Below are positions 25,901 through 41,900 of a stretch of 64,000 nt of DNA, piece after piece. How positions within the stretch are numbered: position 1 is the first letter of the stretch; every line of letters starts with the position of its first letter. Source of the DNA: Eledone cirrhosa (taxonomy: Eukaryota); contig OZ024750.1 of the NCBI GenBank assembly GCA_964016885.1, positions 31,186,001 through 31,250,000 on the forward strand, given 5' to 3'. Under the pieces are notes generated by a model. It worked only from the letters and a program-made list of their open reading frames with translations. It was not told the origin of the DNA and did no database searches. A program made the translations under genes and the position numbers.

Positions 25901-27960
25901 TAACATAACATGTAGAAACCTCTCTCAGAAGAGATTAACCTAGTGTACACTAACATAACATGTACAGACCTCTCTCAGAAGAGATAGACCTAGTGTACAC
26001 TAACATAACATGTAGAAACCTCTCTCAGAAGAGATAGAGCTAGTGTACATTAACATAAGATGTACAGACCTCTCTCAGAAGAGATAGACCTAGTGTACAC
26101 TAACATAACATGTAGAAACCTCTCCCAGAAGAGATAAACCTAGTGTACACTAACATAACATGTACAGACATCTCCCAGAAGAGATAAACCTAGTGTACAC
26201 TAACATAACATGTAGAAACCTCTCCCAGAAGAGATAGACCCAGTGTACACTAATATAACATGTAGAAACCTCTCTCAGAAGAGATAGACCTAGTGTACAC
26301 TAACATAACATGTAGAAACCTCTCTCAGAAGAGATAAACCTAGTGTACACTAACATAACATGTACAGACCTCTCCCAGAAGAGATAGACCTAGTGTACAC
26401 TAACATAACATGTACAGACATCTCTCAGAAGGGATAGACCTAGTGTACACTAACATAACATGTAGAAACCTCTCCCAGAAGAGATAAACCTAGTGTACAC
26501 TAACATAACATGTACAGACCTCTCTCAGAAGAGATAGACCTAGTGTACACTAACATAACATGTAGAAACCTCTCCCAGAAGAGATAGACCTAGTGTACAC
26601 TAACATAACATGTAGAAACCTCTCTCAGAAGAGATAGACCTAGTGTACACTAACATAACATGTACAGACCTCTCCCAGAAGAGATAGACCTAGTGTACAC
26701 TAAAATAAGATGTACAGACCTCTCTCAGAAGAGATAGACCTAGTGTACACTAACATAACATGTAGAAACCTCTCCCAGAAGAGATAGACCTAGTGTACAC
26801 TAACATAAGATGTACAGACCTCTCCCAGAAGAGATAGACCTAGTGTACACTAACATAACATGTAGAAACCTCTCCCAGAAGAGATAGACCTAGTGTACAC
26901 TAACATAAGATGTACAGACCTCTCTCAGAAGAGATAGACCTCGTGTACACTAACATAACATGTAGAAACCTCTCCCAGAAGAGATAGACCTAGTGTACAC
27001 TAACATAACATGTACAGACCTCTCCCAGAAGAGATAGACCTAGTGTACACTAAAATAAGATGTACAGACCTCTCTCAGAATTGATAGACCTAGTGTACAC
27101 TAACATAACATGTACAGACCTCTCTCAGAAGAGATAGACCTAGTGTACACTAACATAACATGTACAGACCTCTCTCAGAAGAGATAGACCTAGTCTACAC
27201 TAACATAAGATGTATAGACCTCTCTCAGAAGAGATAGACCTAGTGTACACTAACATAACATGTAGAAACCTCTCTCAGAAGAGATAGACCTAGTGTACAC
27301 TAACACAACATGTAGAAACCTCTCTCAGAAGAGATAAACCTAGTGTACACTAACATAACATGTACAGACCTCTCTCAGAAGAGATAGACCTAGTGTACAC
27401 TAACATAACATGTAGAAACCTCTCCCAGAAGAGATAAACCTAGTGTACACTAACATAACATGTACAGACCTCTCTCAGAAGAGATAAACCTAGTGTACAC
27501 TAACATAACATGTAGAAACCTCTCCCAGAATAGATAAACCTAGTGTACACTAACATAACATGTAGAATCCTCTCCCAGAAGAGATAAACCTAGTGTACAC
27601 TAACATAACATGTACAGACCTCTCTCAGAAGAGATAAACCTAGTGTACACTAAAATAAGATGTACAGACCTCTCTCAGAAGAAATAGACCTAGTGTACAC
27701 TAACATAACATGTACAGACCTCTCTCAGAAGAGATAGACCTAGTGTACACTAACATAACATGTAGAAACCTCTCTCAGAAGAGATAGACCTAGTGTACAC
27801 TAACATAAAATGTACAGACCTCTCTCAGAAGAGATAAACCTAGTGTACACTAACATAACATGTACAGACCTCTCCCAGAAGAGATAGACCTAGTGTACAC
27901 TAACATAACATGTAAAAACCTCTCTCAGAAGAGATAGACCTAGTGTACACTAACATAACA
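22950..27960. repeat. HOR domain 2: two tandem copies of a ~2,500-bp (50-monomer) unit
   Basis: Rare variants pair exactly 2,500 nt apart: GAGATTAACC 23431/25931, GAGATAGAGC 23531/26031, CAGTGTACAC 23741/26241, TTGATAG 24581/27081, TAGTCTAC 24691/27191, TAACACAACA 24801/27301, TGTAGAATCC 25061/27561, GAAATAG 25181/27681. TGCACAGACG at 23161/25711 is 2,550 apart (one extra monomer). Confidence 0.93.
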
Positions 27961-28699
27961 TGTACAGACCTCTCTCAGAAGAGATAGACCTAGTGTACAC
28001 TAACATAACATGTAGAAACCTCTCTCAGAAGAGATAAACCTAGTGTACACTAACATAACATGTACTGACCTCTCCCAAAAGCGATAGACCTAGTGTACAC
28101 TAACATAACATGTACAGACCTCTCTCAGAAGAGATAAACCTAGTGTACACTAACATAACATGTACAGACCTCTCTCAGAAGAGATAGACCTAGTGTACAC
28201 TAACATGACATGTACAGACCTCTCCCAGAAGAGATAGACCTAGTGTACACTAACATAACATGTAGAAACCTCTCTCAGAAGAGATAGACCTAGTGTACAC
28301 TAACATAACATGTACAGACCTCTCTCAGAAGAGATAGACCTAGTGTACACTAACATAACATGTACAGACCTCTCTCAGAAGAGATAGACCTAGTGTACAG
28401 TAACATAACATGTACAGACCTCTCTCAGAAGAGATAGACCTAGTGTACACTAACATAACATGTACAGACCTCTCTCAGAAGAGATAGACCTAGTGTACAC
28501 TAACATAACATGTAGAAACCTCTCCCAGAAGAGATAGACCTAGTGTACACTAAAATAACATGTACAGACCTCTCTCAGAAGAGATAGACCTAGTGTACAC
28601 TAACATAACATGTAGAAACCTCTCCCAGAAGAGATAGACCTAGTGTACACTAACATTTACATGTACAGACCTCTCTCAGAAGAGATAGACCTAGTGTAC

Positions 28700-31600
28700 A
28701 CTAACATAACATGTACCGACCTCTCTCAGAAGAGATAGACCTAGTGTACACTAACATAACATGTAGAAACCTCTCCCAGAAGTGATAGACCTAGTGTACA
28801 CTAACATAACATGTACAGACCTCTCTCAGAAGAGATAGACCTAGTGTACACTAACATAACATGTACAGACCTCTCTCAGAAGAGATAGACCTAGTGTACA
28901 CTAACATAACATGTAGAAACCTCTCTCAGAAGAGATAGACCTAGTGTACACTAACATAACATGTAGAAACCTCTCTCAGAAGAGATAGACCTAGTGTACA
29001 CTAACATAACATGTAGAAACCTCTCTCAGAAGAGATAGACCTAGTGTACACTAACATAACATGTAGAAACCTCTCTCAGAAGAGATAGACCTAGTGTACA
29101 GTAACATAACATGTACAGACCTCTCCCAGAAGAGATAGACCTAGTGTACACTAACATAACATGTAGAAACCTCTCTCAGAAGAGATAGACCTAGTGTACA
29201 CTAACATAACATGTACAGACCTCTCTCAGAAGAGATAAACCTAGTGTACACTAACATAACATGTACAGACATCTCCCAGAAGAGATAGACCTAGTGTACA
29301 CTAACATAAGATGTACAGACCTCTCTCAGAAGAGATAGACCTAGTGTACACTAACATAACATGTAGAACCTCTCTCAGAAGAGATAGACCTAGTGTACAC
29401 TAACATAACATGTACAGACCTCTCTCAGAAGAGATAGACCTAGTGTACACTAACATAACATGTAGAAACCTCTCTCAGAAGAGATAGACCTAGTGTACAC
29501 TAAAATAACATGTACAGACCTCTCTCAGAAGAGATAGACCTAGTGTACACTAACATAACATGTAGAAACCTCTCCCAGAAGAGATAGACCTAGTGTACAC
29601 TAACATAACATGTAGAAACCTCTCCCAGAAGAGATAGACCTAGTGTACACTAACATAACATGTACAGACCTCTCTCAGAAGAGATAGACCTAGTGTACAC
29701 TAACATAACATGTACAGACCTCTCTCAGAAGAGATAGACCTAGTGTACACTAACATAACATGTAGAAACCTCTCTCAGAAGAGATAGACCTAGTGTACAC
29801 TAACATAACATGTAGAAACCTCTCTCAGAAGAGATAGACCTAGTGTACACTAATATAACATGTAGAAACCTCTCTCAGAAGAGATAGACCTAGTGTACAC
29901 TAACATAACATGTAGAAACCTCTCCCAGAAGAGATAGACCTAGTGTACACTAACATAAGATGTACAGACCTCTCTCAGAAGAGATAGACCTAGTGTACAC
30001 TAACATAACATGTAAAAACCTCTCTCAGAAGAGATAGACCTAGTGTACACTAACATAACATGTACAGACCTCTCTCAGAAGAGATAGACCTAGTGTACAC
30101 TAACATAACATGTAGAAACCTCTCTCAGAAGAGATAGACCTAGTGTACACTAACATAACATGTAGAAACCTCTCTCAGAAGAGATAGACCTAGTGTACAG
30201 TAACATAACATGTACAGACCTCTCCCAGAAGAGATAGACCTAGTGTACACTAACATAACATGTAGAAACCTCTCTCAGAAGAGATAGACCTAGTGTACAC
30301 TAACATAACATGTAGAAACCTCTCCCAGAAGGGATAGACCTAGTGTACACTAACATAACATGTAGAAACCTCTCTCAGAAGAGATAAACCTAGTGTACAC
30401 TAACATAACATGTACAGACCTCTCTCAGAAGAGATAGACCTAGTGTACAGTAACATAACATGTACAGACCTCTCTCAGAAGAGATAGACCTAGTGTACAC
30501 TAACATAACATGTACCGACCTCTCTCAGAAGAGATAGACCTAGTGTACACTAACATAACATGTAGAAACCTCTCCCAGAAGAGATAGACCTAGTGTACAC
30601 TAACATAAGATGTACAGACCTCTCTCAGAAAACATAGACCTAGTGTACACTAACATAACATGTAGAAACCTCTCTCAGAAGAGATAGACCTAGTGTACAC
30701 TAATATAACATGTAGAAACCTCTCTCAGAAGAGATAGACCTAGTGTACACTAACATAACATGTAGAAACCTCTCCCAGAAGAGATAGACCTAGTGTACAC
30801 TAACATAACATGTACAGACCTCTCTCAGAAGAGATAGACCTAGTGTACACTAACATAACATGTAGAAACCTCTCTCAGAAGAGATAGACCTAGTGTACAC
30901 TAACATAACATGTACAGACCTCTCTCAGAAGAGATAGACCTAGTGTACACTAACATAACATGTAGAAACCTCTCTCAGAAGAGATAGACCTAGTGTACAC
31001 TAACATAACATGTAGAAACCTCTCTCAGAAGAGATAGACCTAGTGTACAGTAACATAACATGTACAGACCTCTCCCAGAAGAGATAGACCTAGTGTACAC
31101 TAACATAACATGTAGAAACCTCTCTCAGAAGAGATAGACCTAGTGTACACTAACATAACATGTAGAAACCTCTCTTAGAAGAGATAAACCTAGTGTACAC
31201 TAACATAACATGTACAAACCTCTCTCAGAAGAGATAGACCTAGTGTACACTAACATAACATGTAGAAACCTCTCTCAGAAGAGATAGACCTAGTGTACAC
31301 TAACATAACATGTAGAAACCTCTCCCAGAAGAGATAGACCTAGTGTACACTAACATAACATGTACAGACCTCTCTCAGAAGAGATAGACCTAGTGTACAC
31401 TAACATAACATGTACAGACCTCTCTCAGAAGAGATAGACCTAGTGTACACTAACATAACATGTAGAAACCTCTCTCAGAAGAGATAGACCTAGTGTACAC
31501 TAACATAACATGTAGAAACCTCTCTCAGAAGAGATAGACCTAGTGTACACTAACATAACATGTAGAAACCTCTCTCAGAAGAGATAGACCTAGTGTACAC

Positions 31601-34600
31601 TAACATAACATGTAGAAACCTCTCTCAGAAGGGATAGACCTAGTGTACAGTAACATAACATGTACAGACCTCTCCCAAAAGAGATAGACCTAGTGTACAC
31701 TAACATAACATGTAGAAACCTCTCTCAGAAGAGATAGACCTAGTGTACACTAACATAACATGTACAGACCTCTCTCAGAAGAGATAAACCTAGTGTACAC
31801 TAACATAACATGTACAGACATCTCCCAGAAGAGATAGACCTAGTGTACACTAACATAAGATGTACAGACCTCTCTCAGAAGAGATAGACCTAGTGTACAC
31901 TAACATAACATGTAGAACCTCTCTCAGAAGAGATAGACCTAGTATACACTAACATAACATGTACAGACCTCTCTCAGAAGAGATAGACCTAGTGTACACT
32001 AACATAACATGTAGAAACCTCTCTCAGAAGAGATAGACCTAGTGTACACTAAAATAACATGTACAGACCTCTCTCAGAAGAGATAGACCTAGTGTACACT
32101 AACATAACATGTAGAAACCTCTCCCAGAAGAGATAGACCTAGTGTACACTAACATAACATGTAGAAACCTCTCCCAGAAGAGATAGACCTAGTGTACACT
32201 AACATAACATGTACAGACCTCTCTCAGAAGAGATAGACCTAGTGTACACTAACATAACATGTACAGACCTCTCTCAGAAGAGATAGACCTAGTGTACACT
32301 AACATAACATGTAGAAACCTCTCTCAGAAGAGATAGACCTAGTGTACACTAACATAACATGTAGAAACCTCTCTCAGAAGAGATAGACCTAGTGTACACT
32401 AATATAACATGTAGAAACCTCTCTCAGAAGAGATAGACCTAGTGTACACTAACATAACATGTAGAAACCTCTCCCAGAAGAGATAGACCTAGTGTACACT
32501 AACATAAGATGTACAGACCTCTCTCAGAAGAGATAGACCTAGTGTACACTAACATAACATGTAGAAACCTCTCTCAGAAGAGATAGACCTAGTGTACACT
32601 AACATAACATGTACAGACCTCTCTCAGAAGAGATAGACCTAGCGTACACTAACATAACATGTAGAAACCTCTCTCAGAAGAGATAGACCTAGTGTACACT
32701 AACATAACATGTAGAAACCTCTCCCAGAAGGGATAGACCTAGTGTACACTAACATAACATGTAGAAACCTCTCTCAGAAGAGATAAACCTAGTGTACACT
32801 AACATAACATGTACAGACCTCTCTCAGAAGAGATAGACCTAGTGTACAGTAACATAACATGTACAGACCTCTCTCAGAAGAGATAGACCTAGTGTACACT
32901 AACATAACATGTACAGACCTCTCTCAGAAGAGATAGACCTAGTGTACACTAACATAACATGTAGAAACCTCTCCCAGAAGAGATAGACCTAGTGTACACT
33001 AACATAAGATGTACAGACCTCTCTCAGAAGACATAGACCTAGTGTACACTAACATAACATGTAGAAACCTCTCTCAGAAGAGATAGACCTAGTGTACACT
33101 AATATAACATGTAGAAACCTCTCTCAGAAGAGATAGACCTAGTGTACACTAACATAACATGTAGAAACCTCTCCCAGAAGAGATAGACCTAGTGTACACT
33201 AACATAACATGTACAGACCTCTCTCAGAAGAGATAGACCTAGTGTACACTAACATAACATGTAGAAACCTCTCTCAGAAGAGATAGACCTAGTGTACACT
33301 AACATAACATGTACAGACCTCTCTCAGAAGAGATAGACCTAGTGTACACTAACATAACATGTAGAAACCTCTCTCAGAAGAGATAGACCTAGTGTACACT
33401 AACATGACATGTAGAAACCTCTCTCAGAAGAGATAGACCTAGTGTACAGTAACATAACATGTACAGACCTCTCCCAGAAGAGATAGACCTAGTGTACACT
33501 AACATAACATGTAGAAACCTCTCTCAGAAGAGATAGACCTAGTGTACACTAACATAACATGTAGAAACCTCTCTTAGAAGAGATAAACCTAGTGTACACT
33601 AACATAACATGTACAAACCTCTCTCAGAAGAGATAGACCTAGTGTACACTAACATAACATGTAGAAACCTCTCTCAGAAGAGATAAACCTAGTGTAAACT
33701 AACATAACATGTACAGACCTCTCACAGAAGAGATAGACCTAGTGTACACTAACATAACATGTACAGACCTCTCTCAGAAGAGATAGACCTAGTGTACACT
33801 AACATAACATGTACAGACCTCTCCCAGAAGAGATAGACCTAGTGTACACTAACATAACATGTACAGACCTCTCTCAGAAGAGATAGACCTAGTGTACACT
33901 AACATAACATGTAGAAACCTCTCTCAGAAGAGATAGACCTAGTGTACAGTAACATAACATGTACAGACCTCTCCCAGAAGAGATAGACCTAGTCTACACT
34001 AACATAACATGTAGAAACCTCTCTCAGAAGAGATAGACCTAGTGTACACTAACATAACATGTAGAAACCTCTCTTAGAAGAGATAAACCTAGTGTACACT
34101 AACATAACATGTACAGACCTCTCTCAGAAGAGATAGACCTAGTGTACACTAACATAACATGTAGAAACCTCTCTCAGAAGAGATAAACCTAGTGTACACT
34201 AACATAACATGTACAGACCTCTCTCAGAAGAGATAGACCTAGTGTACACTAACATAACATGTACAGACCTCTCTCAGAAGAGATAGACCTAGTGTACACT
34301 AACATAACATGTACAGACCTCTCCCAGAAGAGATAGACCTAGTGTACACTAACATAACATGTACAGACCTCTCTCAGAAGAGATAGACCTGGTGTACACT
34401 AACATAACATGTACTGACCTCTCTCAGAAGAGATAGACCTAGTGTACACTAACATAACACGTAGAAACCTCTCTCAGAAGAGATAGACCTAGTGTACACT
34501 AAAATAACATGTACAGACCTCTCTCAGAAGAGATAGAACTAGTGTACACTAACATAACATGTAGAAACCTCTCCCAGAAGAGATAGACCTAGCGTACACT

Positions 34601-37600
34601 AACATAACATGTACAGACCTCTCTCAGAAGAGATAGACCTAGTGTACACTAACATAACATGTAGAAACCTCTCTCAGAAGAGATAGACCTAGTGTACACT
34701 AACATAACATGTAGAAACCTCTCCCAGAAGAGATAGACCTAGTGTACACTAACATAACATGTACAGACCTCTCTCAGAAGAGATAGACCTAGTGTACACT
34801 AACATAACATGTACAGACCTCTCTCAGAAGAGATAGACCTAGTGTACACTAACATAACATGTAGAAACCTCTCTCAGAAGAGATAGACCTAGTGTACACT
34901 AACATAACATGTAGAAACCTCTCTCAGAAGAGATAGACCTAGTGTACACTAACATAATATGTAGAAACCTCTCTCAGAAGAGATTGACCTAGTGTACACT
35001 AACATAACATGTAGAAACCTCTCTCAGAAGGGATAGACCTAGTGTACAGTAACATAACATGTACAGACCTCTCCCAGAAGAGATAGACCTAGTGTACACT
35101 AACATAACATGTAGAAACCTCTCTCAGAAGAGATAGACCTAGTGTACACTAACATAACATGTACAGACCTCTCTCAGAAGAGATAAACCTAGTGTACACT
35201 AACATAACATGTACAGACATCTCCCAGAAGAGATAGACCTAGTGTACACTAACATAAGATGTACAGACCTCTCTCAGAAGAGATAGACCTAGTGTACACT
35301 AACATAACATGTAGAACCTCTCTCAGAAGAGATAGACCTAGTGTACACTAACATAACATGTACAGACCTCTCTCAGAAGAGATAGACCTAGTGTACACTA
35401 AAATAACATGTACAGACCTCTCTCAGAAGAGATAGACCTAGTGTACACTAACATAACATGTAGAAACCTCTCCCAGAAGAGATAGACCTAGTGTACACTA
35501 ACATAACATGTAGAAACCTCTCCCAGAAGAGATAGACCTAGTGTACACTAACATAACATGTACAGACCTCTCTCAGAAGAGATAGACCTAGTGTACACTA
35601 ACATAACATGTACAGACCTCTCTCAGAAGAGATAGACCTAGTGTACACTAACATAACATGTAGAAACCTCTCTCAGAAGAGATAGACCTAGTGTACACTA
35701 ACATAACATGTAGAAACCTCTCTCAGAAGAGATAGACCTAGTGTACACTAATATAACATGTAGAAACCTCTCTCAGAAGAGATAGACCTAGTGTACACTA
35801 ACATAACATGTAGAAACCTCTCCCAGAAGAGATAGACCTAGTGTACACTAACATAAGATGTACAGACCTCTCTCAGAAGAGATAGACCTAGTGTACACTA
35901 ACATAACATGTAGAAACCTCTCTCAGAAGAGATAGACATAGTGTACACTAACATAACATGTACAGACCTCTCTCAGAAGAGATAGACCTAGTGTACACTA
36001 ACATAACATGTAGAAACCTCTCTCAGAAGAGATAGACCTAGTGTACACTAACATAACATGTAGAAACCTCTCTCAGAAGAGATAGACCTAGTGTACAGTA
36101 ACATAACATGTACAGACCTCTCCCAGAAGAGATAGACATATTGTACACTAACATAACATGTAGAAACCTCTCTCAGAAGAGATAGACCTAGTGTACACTA
36201 ACATAACATGTAGAAACCTCTCCCAGAAGGGATAGACCTAGTGTACACTAACATAACATGTAGAAACCTCTCTCAGAAGAGATAAACCTAGTGTACACTA
36301 ACATAACATGTACAGACCTCTCTCAGAAGAGATAGACCTAGTGTACAGTAACATAACATGTACAGACCTCTCTCAGAAGAGATAGACCTAGTGTACACTA
36401 ACATAACATGTACAGACCTCTCTCAGAAGAGATAGACCTAGTGTACACTAACATAACATGTAGAAACCTCTCCCAGAAGAGATAGACCTAGTGTACACTA
36501 ACATAAGATGTACAGACCTCTCTCAGAAGACATAGACCTAGTGTACACTAACATAACATGTAGAAACCTCTCTCAGAAGAGATAGACCTAGTGTACACTA
36601 ATATAACATGTAGAAACCTCTCTCAGAAGAGATAGACCTAGTGTACACTAACATAACATGTAGAAACCTCTCCCAGAAGAGATAGACCTAGTGTACACTA
36701 ACATAACATGTACAGACCTCTCTCAGAAGAGATAGACCTAGTGTACACTAACATAACATGTAGAAACCTCTCTCAGAAGAGATAGACCTAGTGTACACTA
36801 ACATAACAGGTACAGACCTCACTCAGAAGAGATAGACCTAGTGTACACTAACATAACATGTAGAAACCTCTCTCAGAAGAGATAGACCTAGTGTACACTA
36901 ACATAACATGTAGAAACCTCTCTCAGAAGAGATAGACCTAGTGTACAGTAACATAACATGTACATACCTCTCCCAGAAGAGATAGACCTAGTGTACACTA
37001 ACATAACATGTAGAAACCTCTCTCAGAAGAGATAGACCTAGTGTACACTAACATAACATGTAGAAACCTCTCTTAGAAGAGATAAACCTAGTGTACACTA
37101 ACATAACATGTACAAACCTCTCTCAGAAGAGCTAGACCTAGTGTACACTAACATAACATGTAGAAACCTCTCTCAGAAGAGATAAACCTAGTGTACACTA
37201 ACATAACATGTACAGACCTCTCTCAGAAGAGATAGACCTAGTGTACACTAACATAACATGTACAGACCTCTCTCAGAAGAGATAGACCTAGTGTACACTA
37301 ACATAACATGTACAGACCTCTCCCAGAAGAGATAGACCTAGTGTACACTAACATAACATGTACAGACCTCTCTCAGAAGAGATAGACCTAGTGTACACTA
37401 ACATAACATGTAGAAACCTCTCTCAGAAGAGATAGACCTAGTGTACAGTAACATAACATGTACAGACCTCTCCCAGAAGAGATAGACCTAGTCTACACTA
37501 ACATAACATGTAGAAACCTCTCTCAGAAGAGATAGACCTAGTGTACACTAACATAACATGTAGAAACCTCTCTTAGAAGAGATAAACCTAGTGTACACTA

Positions 37601-38950
37601 ACATAACATGTACAGACCTCTCTCAGAAGAGATAGACCTAGTGTACACTAACATAACATGTAGAAACCTCTCTCAGAAGAGATAAACCTAGTGTACACTA
37701 ACATAACATGTACAGACCTCTCTCAGAAGAGATAGCCCTAGTGTACACTAACATAACATGTACAGACCTCTCTCAGAAGAGATAGACCTAGTGTACACTA
37801 ACATAACATGTACAGACCTCTCCCAGAAGAGATATACCTAGTGTACACTAACATAACATGTACAGACCTCTCTCAGAAGAGATAGACCTAGTGTACACTA
37901 ACATAACATGTACAGACCTCTCTCAGAAGAGATAGACCTAGTGTACACTAACATAACACGTAGAAACCTCTCTCAGAAGAGATAGACCTAGTGTACACTA
38001 AAATAACATGTACAGACCTCTCTCAGAAGAGATAGAACTAGTGTACACTAACATAACATGTAGAAACCTCTCCCAGAAGAGATAGACCTAGCGTACACTA
38101 ACATAACATGTACAGACCTCTCTCAGAAGAGATAGACCTAGTGTACACTAACATAACATGTACCGACCTCTCTCAGAAGAGATAGACCTAGTGTACACTA
38201 ACATAACATGTAGAAACCTCTCCCAGAAGAGATAGACCTAGTGTACACTAACATAACATGTACAGACCTCTCTCAGAAGAGATAGACCTAGTGTACACTA
38301 ACATAACATGTACAGACCGCTCTCAGAAGAGATAGCTCTAGTGTACACTAACATAACATGTACAGACCTCTCTCAGAAGAGATAGACCTAGTGTACACTA
38401 ACATAACATGTACAGACCTCTCCCAGAAGAGATATACCTAGTGTACACTAACATAACATGTACAGACCTCTCTCAGAAGAGATAGACCTAGTGTACACTA
38501 ACATAACATGTACAGACCTCTCTCAGAAGAGATAGACCTAGTGTACACTAACATAACACGTAGAAACCTCTCTCAGAAGAGATAGACCTAGTGTACACTA
38601 AAATAACATGTACAGACCTCTCTCAGAAGAGATAGAACTAGTGTACACTAACATAACATGTAGAAACCTCTCCCAGAAGAGATAGACCTAGCGTACACTA
38701 ACATAACATGTACAGACCTCTCTCAGAAGAGATAGACCTAGTGTACACTAACATAACATGTACCGACCTCTCTCAGAAGAGATAGACCTAGTGTACACTA
38801 ACATAACATGTAGAAACCTCTCCCAGAAGAGATAGACCTAGTGTACACTAACATAACATGTACAGACCTCTCTCAGAAGAGATAGACCTAGTGTACACTA
38901 ACATAACATGTACAGACCGCTCTCAGAAGAGATAGACCTAGTGTACACTA
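28700..38950. repeat. HOR domain 3: about three diverged copies of a 2.4-3.5 kb unit
   Basis: The 1-bp-deletion monomer TAGAACCTC occurs at ~29364, 31913, 35312, each preceded ~100 nt earlier by TACAGACATCTCCC. TACAAACC occurs at ~31213, 33612, 37111 and GTCTACAC at ~33992/37491. Confidence 0.8.
37731..38930. repeat. Local 600-bp (12-monomer) tandem duplication
   Basis: GATATACC 37831/38431, ACATAACACG 37951/38551, GATAGAACTA 38031/38631, GCGTACAC 38091/38691, TACCGACC 38161/38761, TACAGACCGC 38311/38911. Confidence 0.93.
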
Positions 38951-41900
38951 ACATAACATGTAGAAACCTCTCTCAGAAGAGATAATCCTAGTGTACACTA
39001 ATATAACATGTACAGACCTCCCTCAGAAGCGATAGACCTAGTGTACACTAACATAACATGTACAGACCTCTCTCAGAAGAGATAGACCTAGTGTACACTA
39101 ACATAACATGTACAGACCTCTCCCAGAAGAGATAGACCTAGTGTACACTAACATAACATGTACAGACCTCTCTCAGAAGAGATAGACCTAGTGTACAGTA
39201 ACATAACATGTACAGACCTCTCTCAGAAGAGATAGACCTAGTGTACACTAACATAACATGTACAGACCTCTCTCACAAGAGATAGACCTAGTGTACACTA
39301 ACATAACATGTAGAAACCTCTCTCAGAAGAGATAGACCTAGTGTACACTAAAATAACATGTACAGACCTCTCTCAGAAGAGATAGACCTAGTGTACACTA
39401 ACATAACATGTAGAAACCTCTCTCAGAAGAGATAGACCTAGTGTACACTAAAATAACATGTACAGACCTCTCTCAGAAGAGATAGACCTAGTGTACACTA
39501 ACATAACATGTAGAAACCTCTCCCAGAAGAGATAGACCTAGTGTACACTAACATAACATGTACAGACCTCTCTGAGAAAAGATAGACCTAGTGTACACTA
39601 ACATAACATGTAGAAACCTCTCTCAGAAGAGATAGACCTAGTGTACACTAACATAACATGTAGAAACCTCTCTCAGAAGAGATAGACCTAGTGTACACTA
39701 ACATAACATGTAGAAACCTCTCTCAGAAGAGATAGACCTAGTGTACACTAACATAACATGTAGAAACCTCTCTCAGAAGAGATAGACCTAGTGTACACTA
39801 ACATAACATGTAGAAACCTCTCTCAGAAGAGATAGACCTAGTGTACACTAACATAACATGTAGAAACCTCTCTCAGAAGAGATAGACCTAGTGTACACTA
39901 ACATAACATGTACAGACCTCTCTCAGAAGAGATAGACCTAGTGTACACTAATATAACATGTAGAAACCTCTCCCAGAAGGGATAGACCTAGTGTACACTA
40001 ACATAACATGTAGAAACCTCTCTCAGAAGGGATAGACCTAGTGTACACTAACATAACATGTAGAAACCTCTCCCAGAAGAGATAGACCTAGTGTACACTA
40101 ACATAACATGTACAGACCTCTCTCAGAAGAGATAGACCTAGTGTACACTAACATAAGATGTACAGACCTCTCCCAGAAGAGATAGACCTAGTGTACACTA
40201 ACATAACATGTAGAAACCTCTCCCAGAAGAGATAGACCTAGTGTACACTAACATAATATGTAGAAACCTCTCTCAGAAGAGATAGACCTAGTGTACACTA
40301 ACATAACATGTAGAAACCTCTCTCAGAAGAGATAGACCTAGTGTACACTAACATAACATGTACAGACCTCTCTCAGAAGAGATAGACCTAGTGTACACTA
40401 ACATAACATGTACCGACCTCTCTCAGAAGAGACAGACCTAGTGTACACTAACATAACATGTAGAAACCTCTCCCAGAAGAGATAGACCTAGTGTACACTA
40501 ACATAACATGCACAGACCTCTCTCAGAAGAGATAGACCTAGTGTACACTAACATAAGATGTACAGACCTCTCTCAGAAGAGATAGACCTAGTGTACACTA
40601 ACATAACATGTAGAAACCTCTCTCAGAAGAGATAGACCTAGTGTACAGTAACATAACATGTACAGACCTCTCTCAGAAGAGATAAACCTAGTGTACACGA
40701 ACATAACATGTACAGACCTCTCCCAGAAGAGATAGACCTAGTGTACACTAACATAAGATGTACAGACCTCTCTCAGAAGAGATAGACCTAGTGTACACTA
40801 ACATAACATGTAGAACCTCTCTCAGAAGAGATAGACCTAGTGTACACTAACATAACATGTACAGACCTCTCCCAGAAGAGATAGACCTAGTGTACACTAA
40901 CATAACATGTAGAAACCTCTCTCAGAAGAGATAGACCTAGTGTACACTAACATAACATGTAGAAACCTCTCTCAGAAGAGATAGACCTAGTGTACACTAA
41001 CATAACATGTAGAAACCTCTCCCAGAAGAGATAGACCTAGTGTACACTAACATAACATGTAGAAACCTATCTCAGAAGGGATAGACATAGTGTACACTAA
41101 CATAACATGTAGAAACCTCTCTCAGAAGAGATAGACCTAGTGTACACTAACATAACATGTAGAAACCTCTCTCAGAAGGGATAGACCTAGTGTACACTAA
41201 CATAACATGTAGAAACCTCTCTCAGAAGAGATAGACCTAGTGTACACTAACATAACATGTAGAAACCTCTCTCAGAAGAGATAAACCTAGTGTACACTAA
41301 CATAACATGTAGAAACCTCTCCCAGAAGAGATAGACCTAGTGTACACTAACATAACATGTAGAAACCTCTCTCAGAAGAGATAGACCTAGTGTACACTAA
41401 CATAACACGTAGAAACCTCTCCCAGAAGAGATAGACCTAGTGTACACTAACATAACATGCACAGACGTCTCCCAGAAGAGATAGACCTAGTGTACACTAA
41501 CATAACATGTAGAAACCTCTCTCAGAAGAGATAGACCTAGTGTACACTAACATAACATGTACAGACCTCTCTCAGAAGAGATAGACCTAGTGTATACTAA
41601 CATAACATATTAGAAATCTCTCTCAGAAGAGATAGACCTAGTGTACACTAACATAACATGTAGAAACCTCTCTCAGAAGAGATAAACCTAGTGTACACTA
41701 ACATAACATGTAGAAACCTCTCCCAGAAGAGATTAACCTAGTGTACACTAACATAACATGTACAGACCTCTCTCAGAAGAGATAGACCTAGTGTACACTA
41801 ACATAACATGTAGAAACCTCTCTCAGAAGAGATAGAGCTAGTGTACATTAACATAAGATGTACAGACCTCTCTCAGAAGAGATAGACCTAGTGTACACTA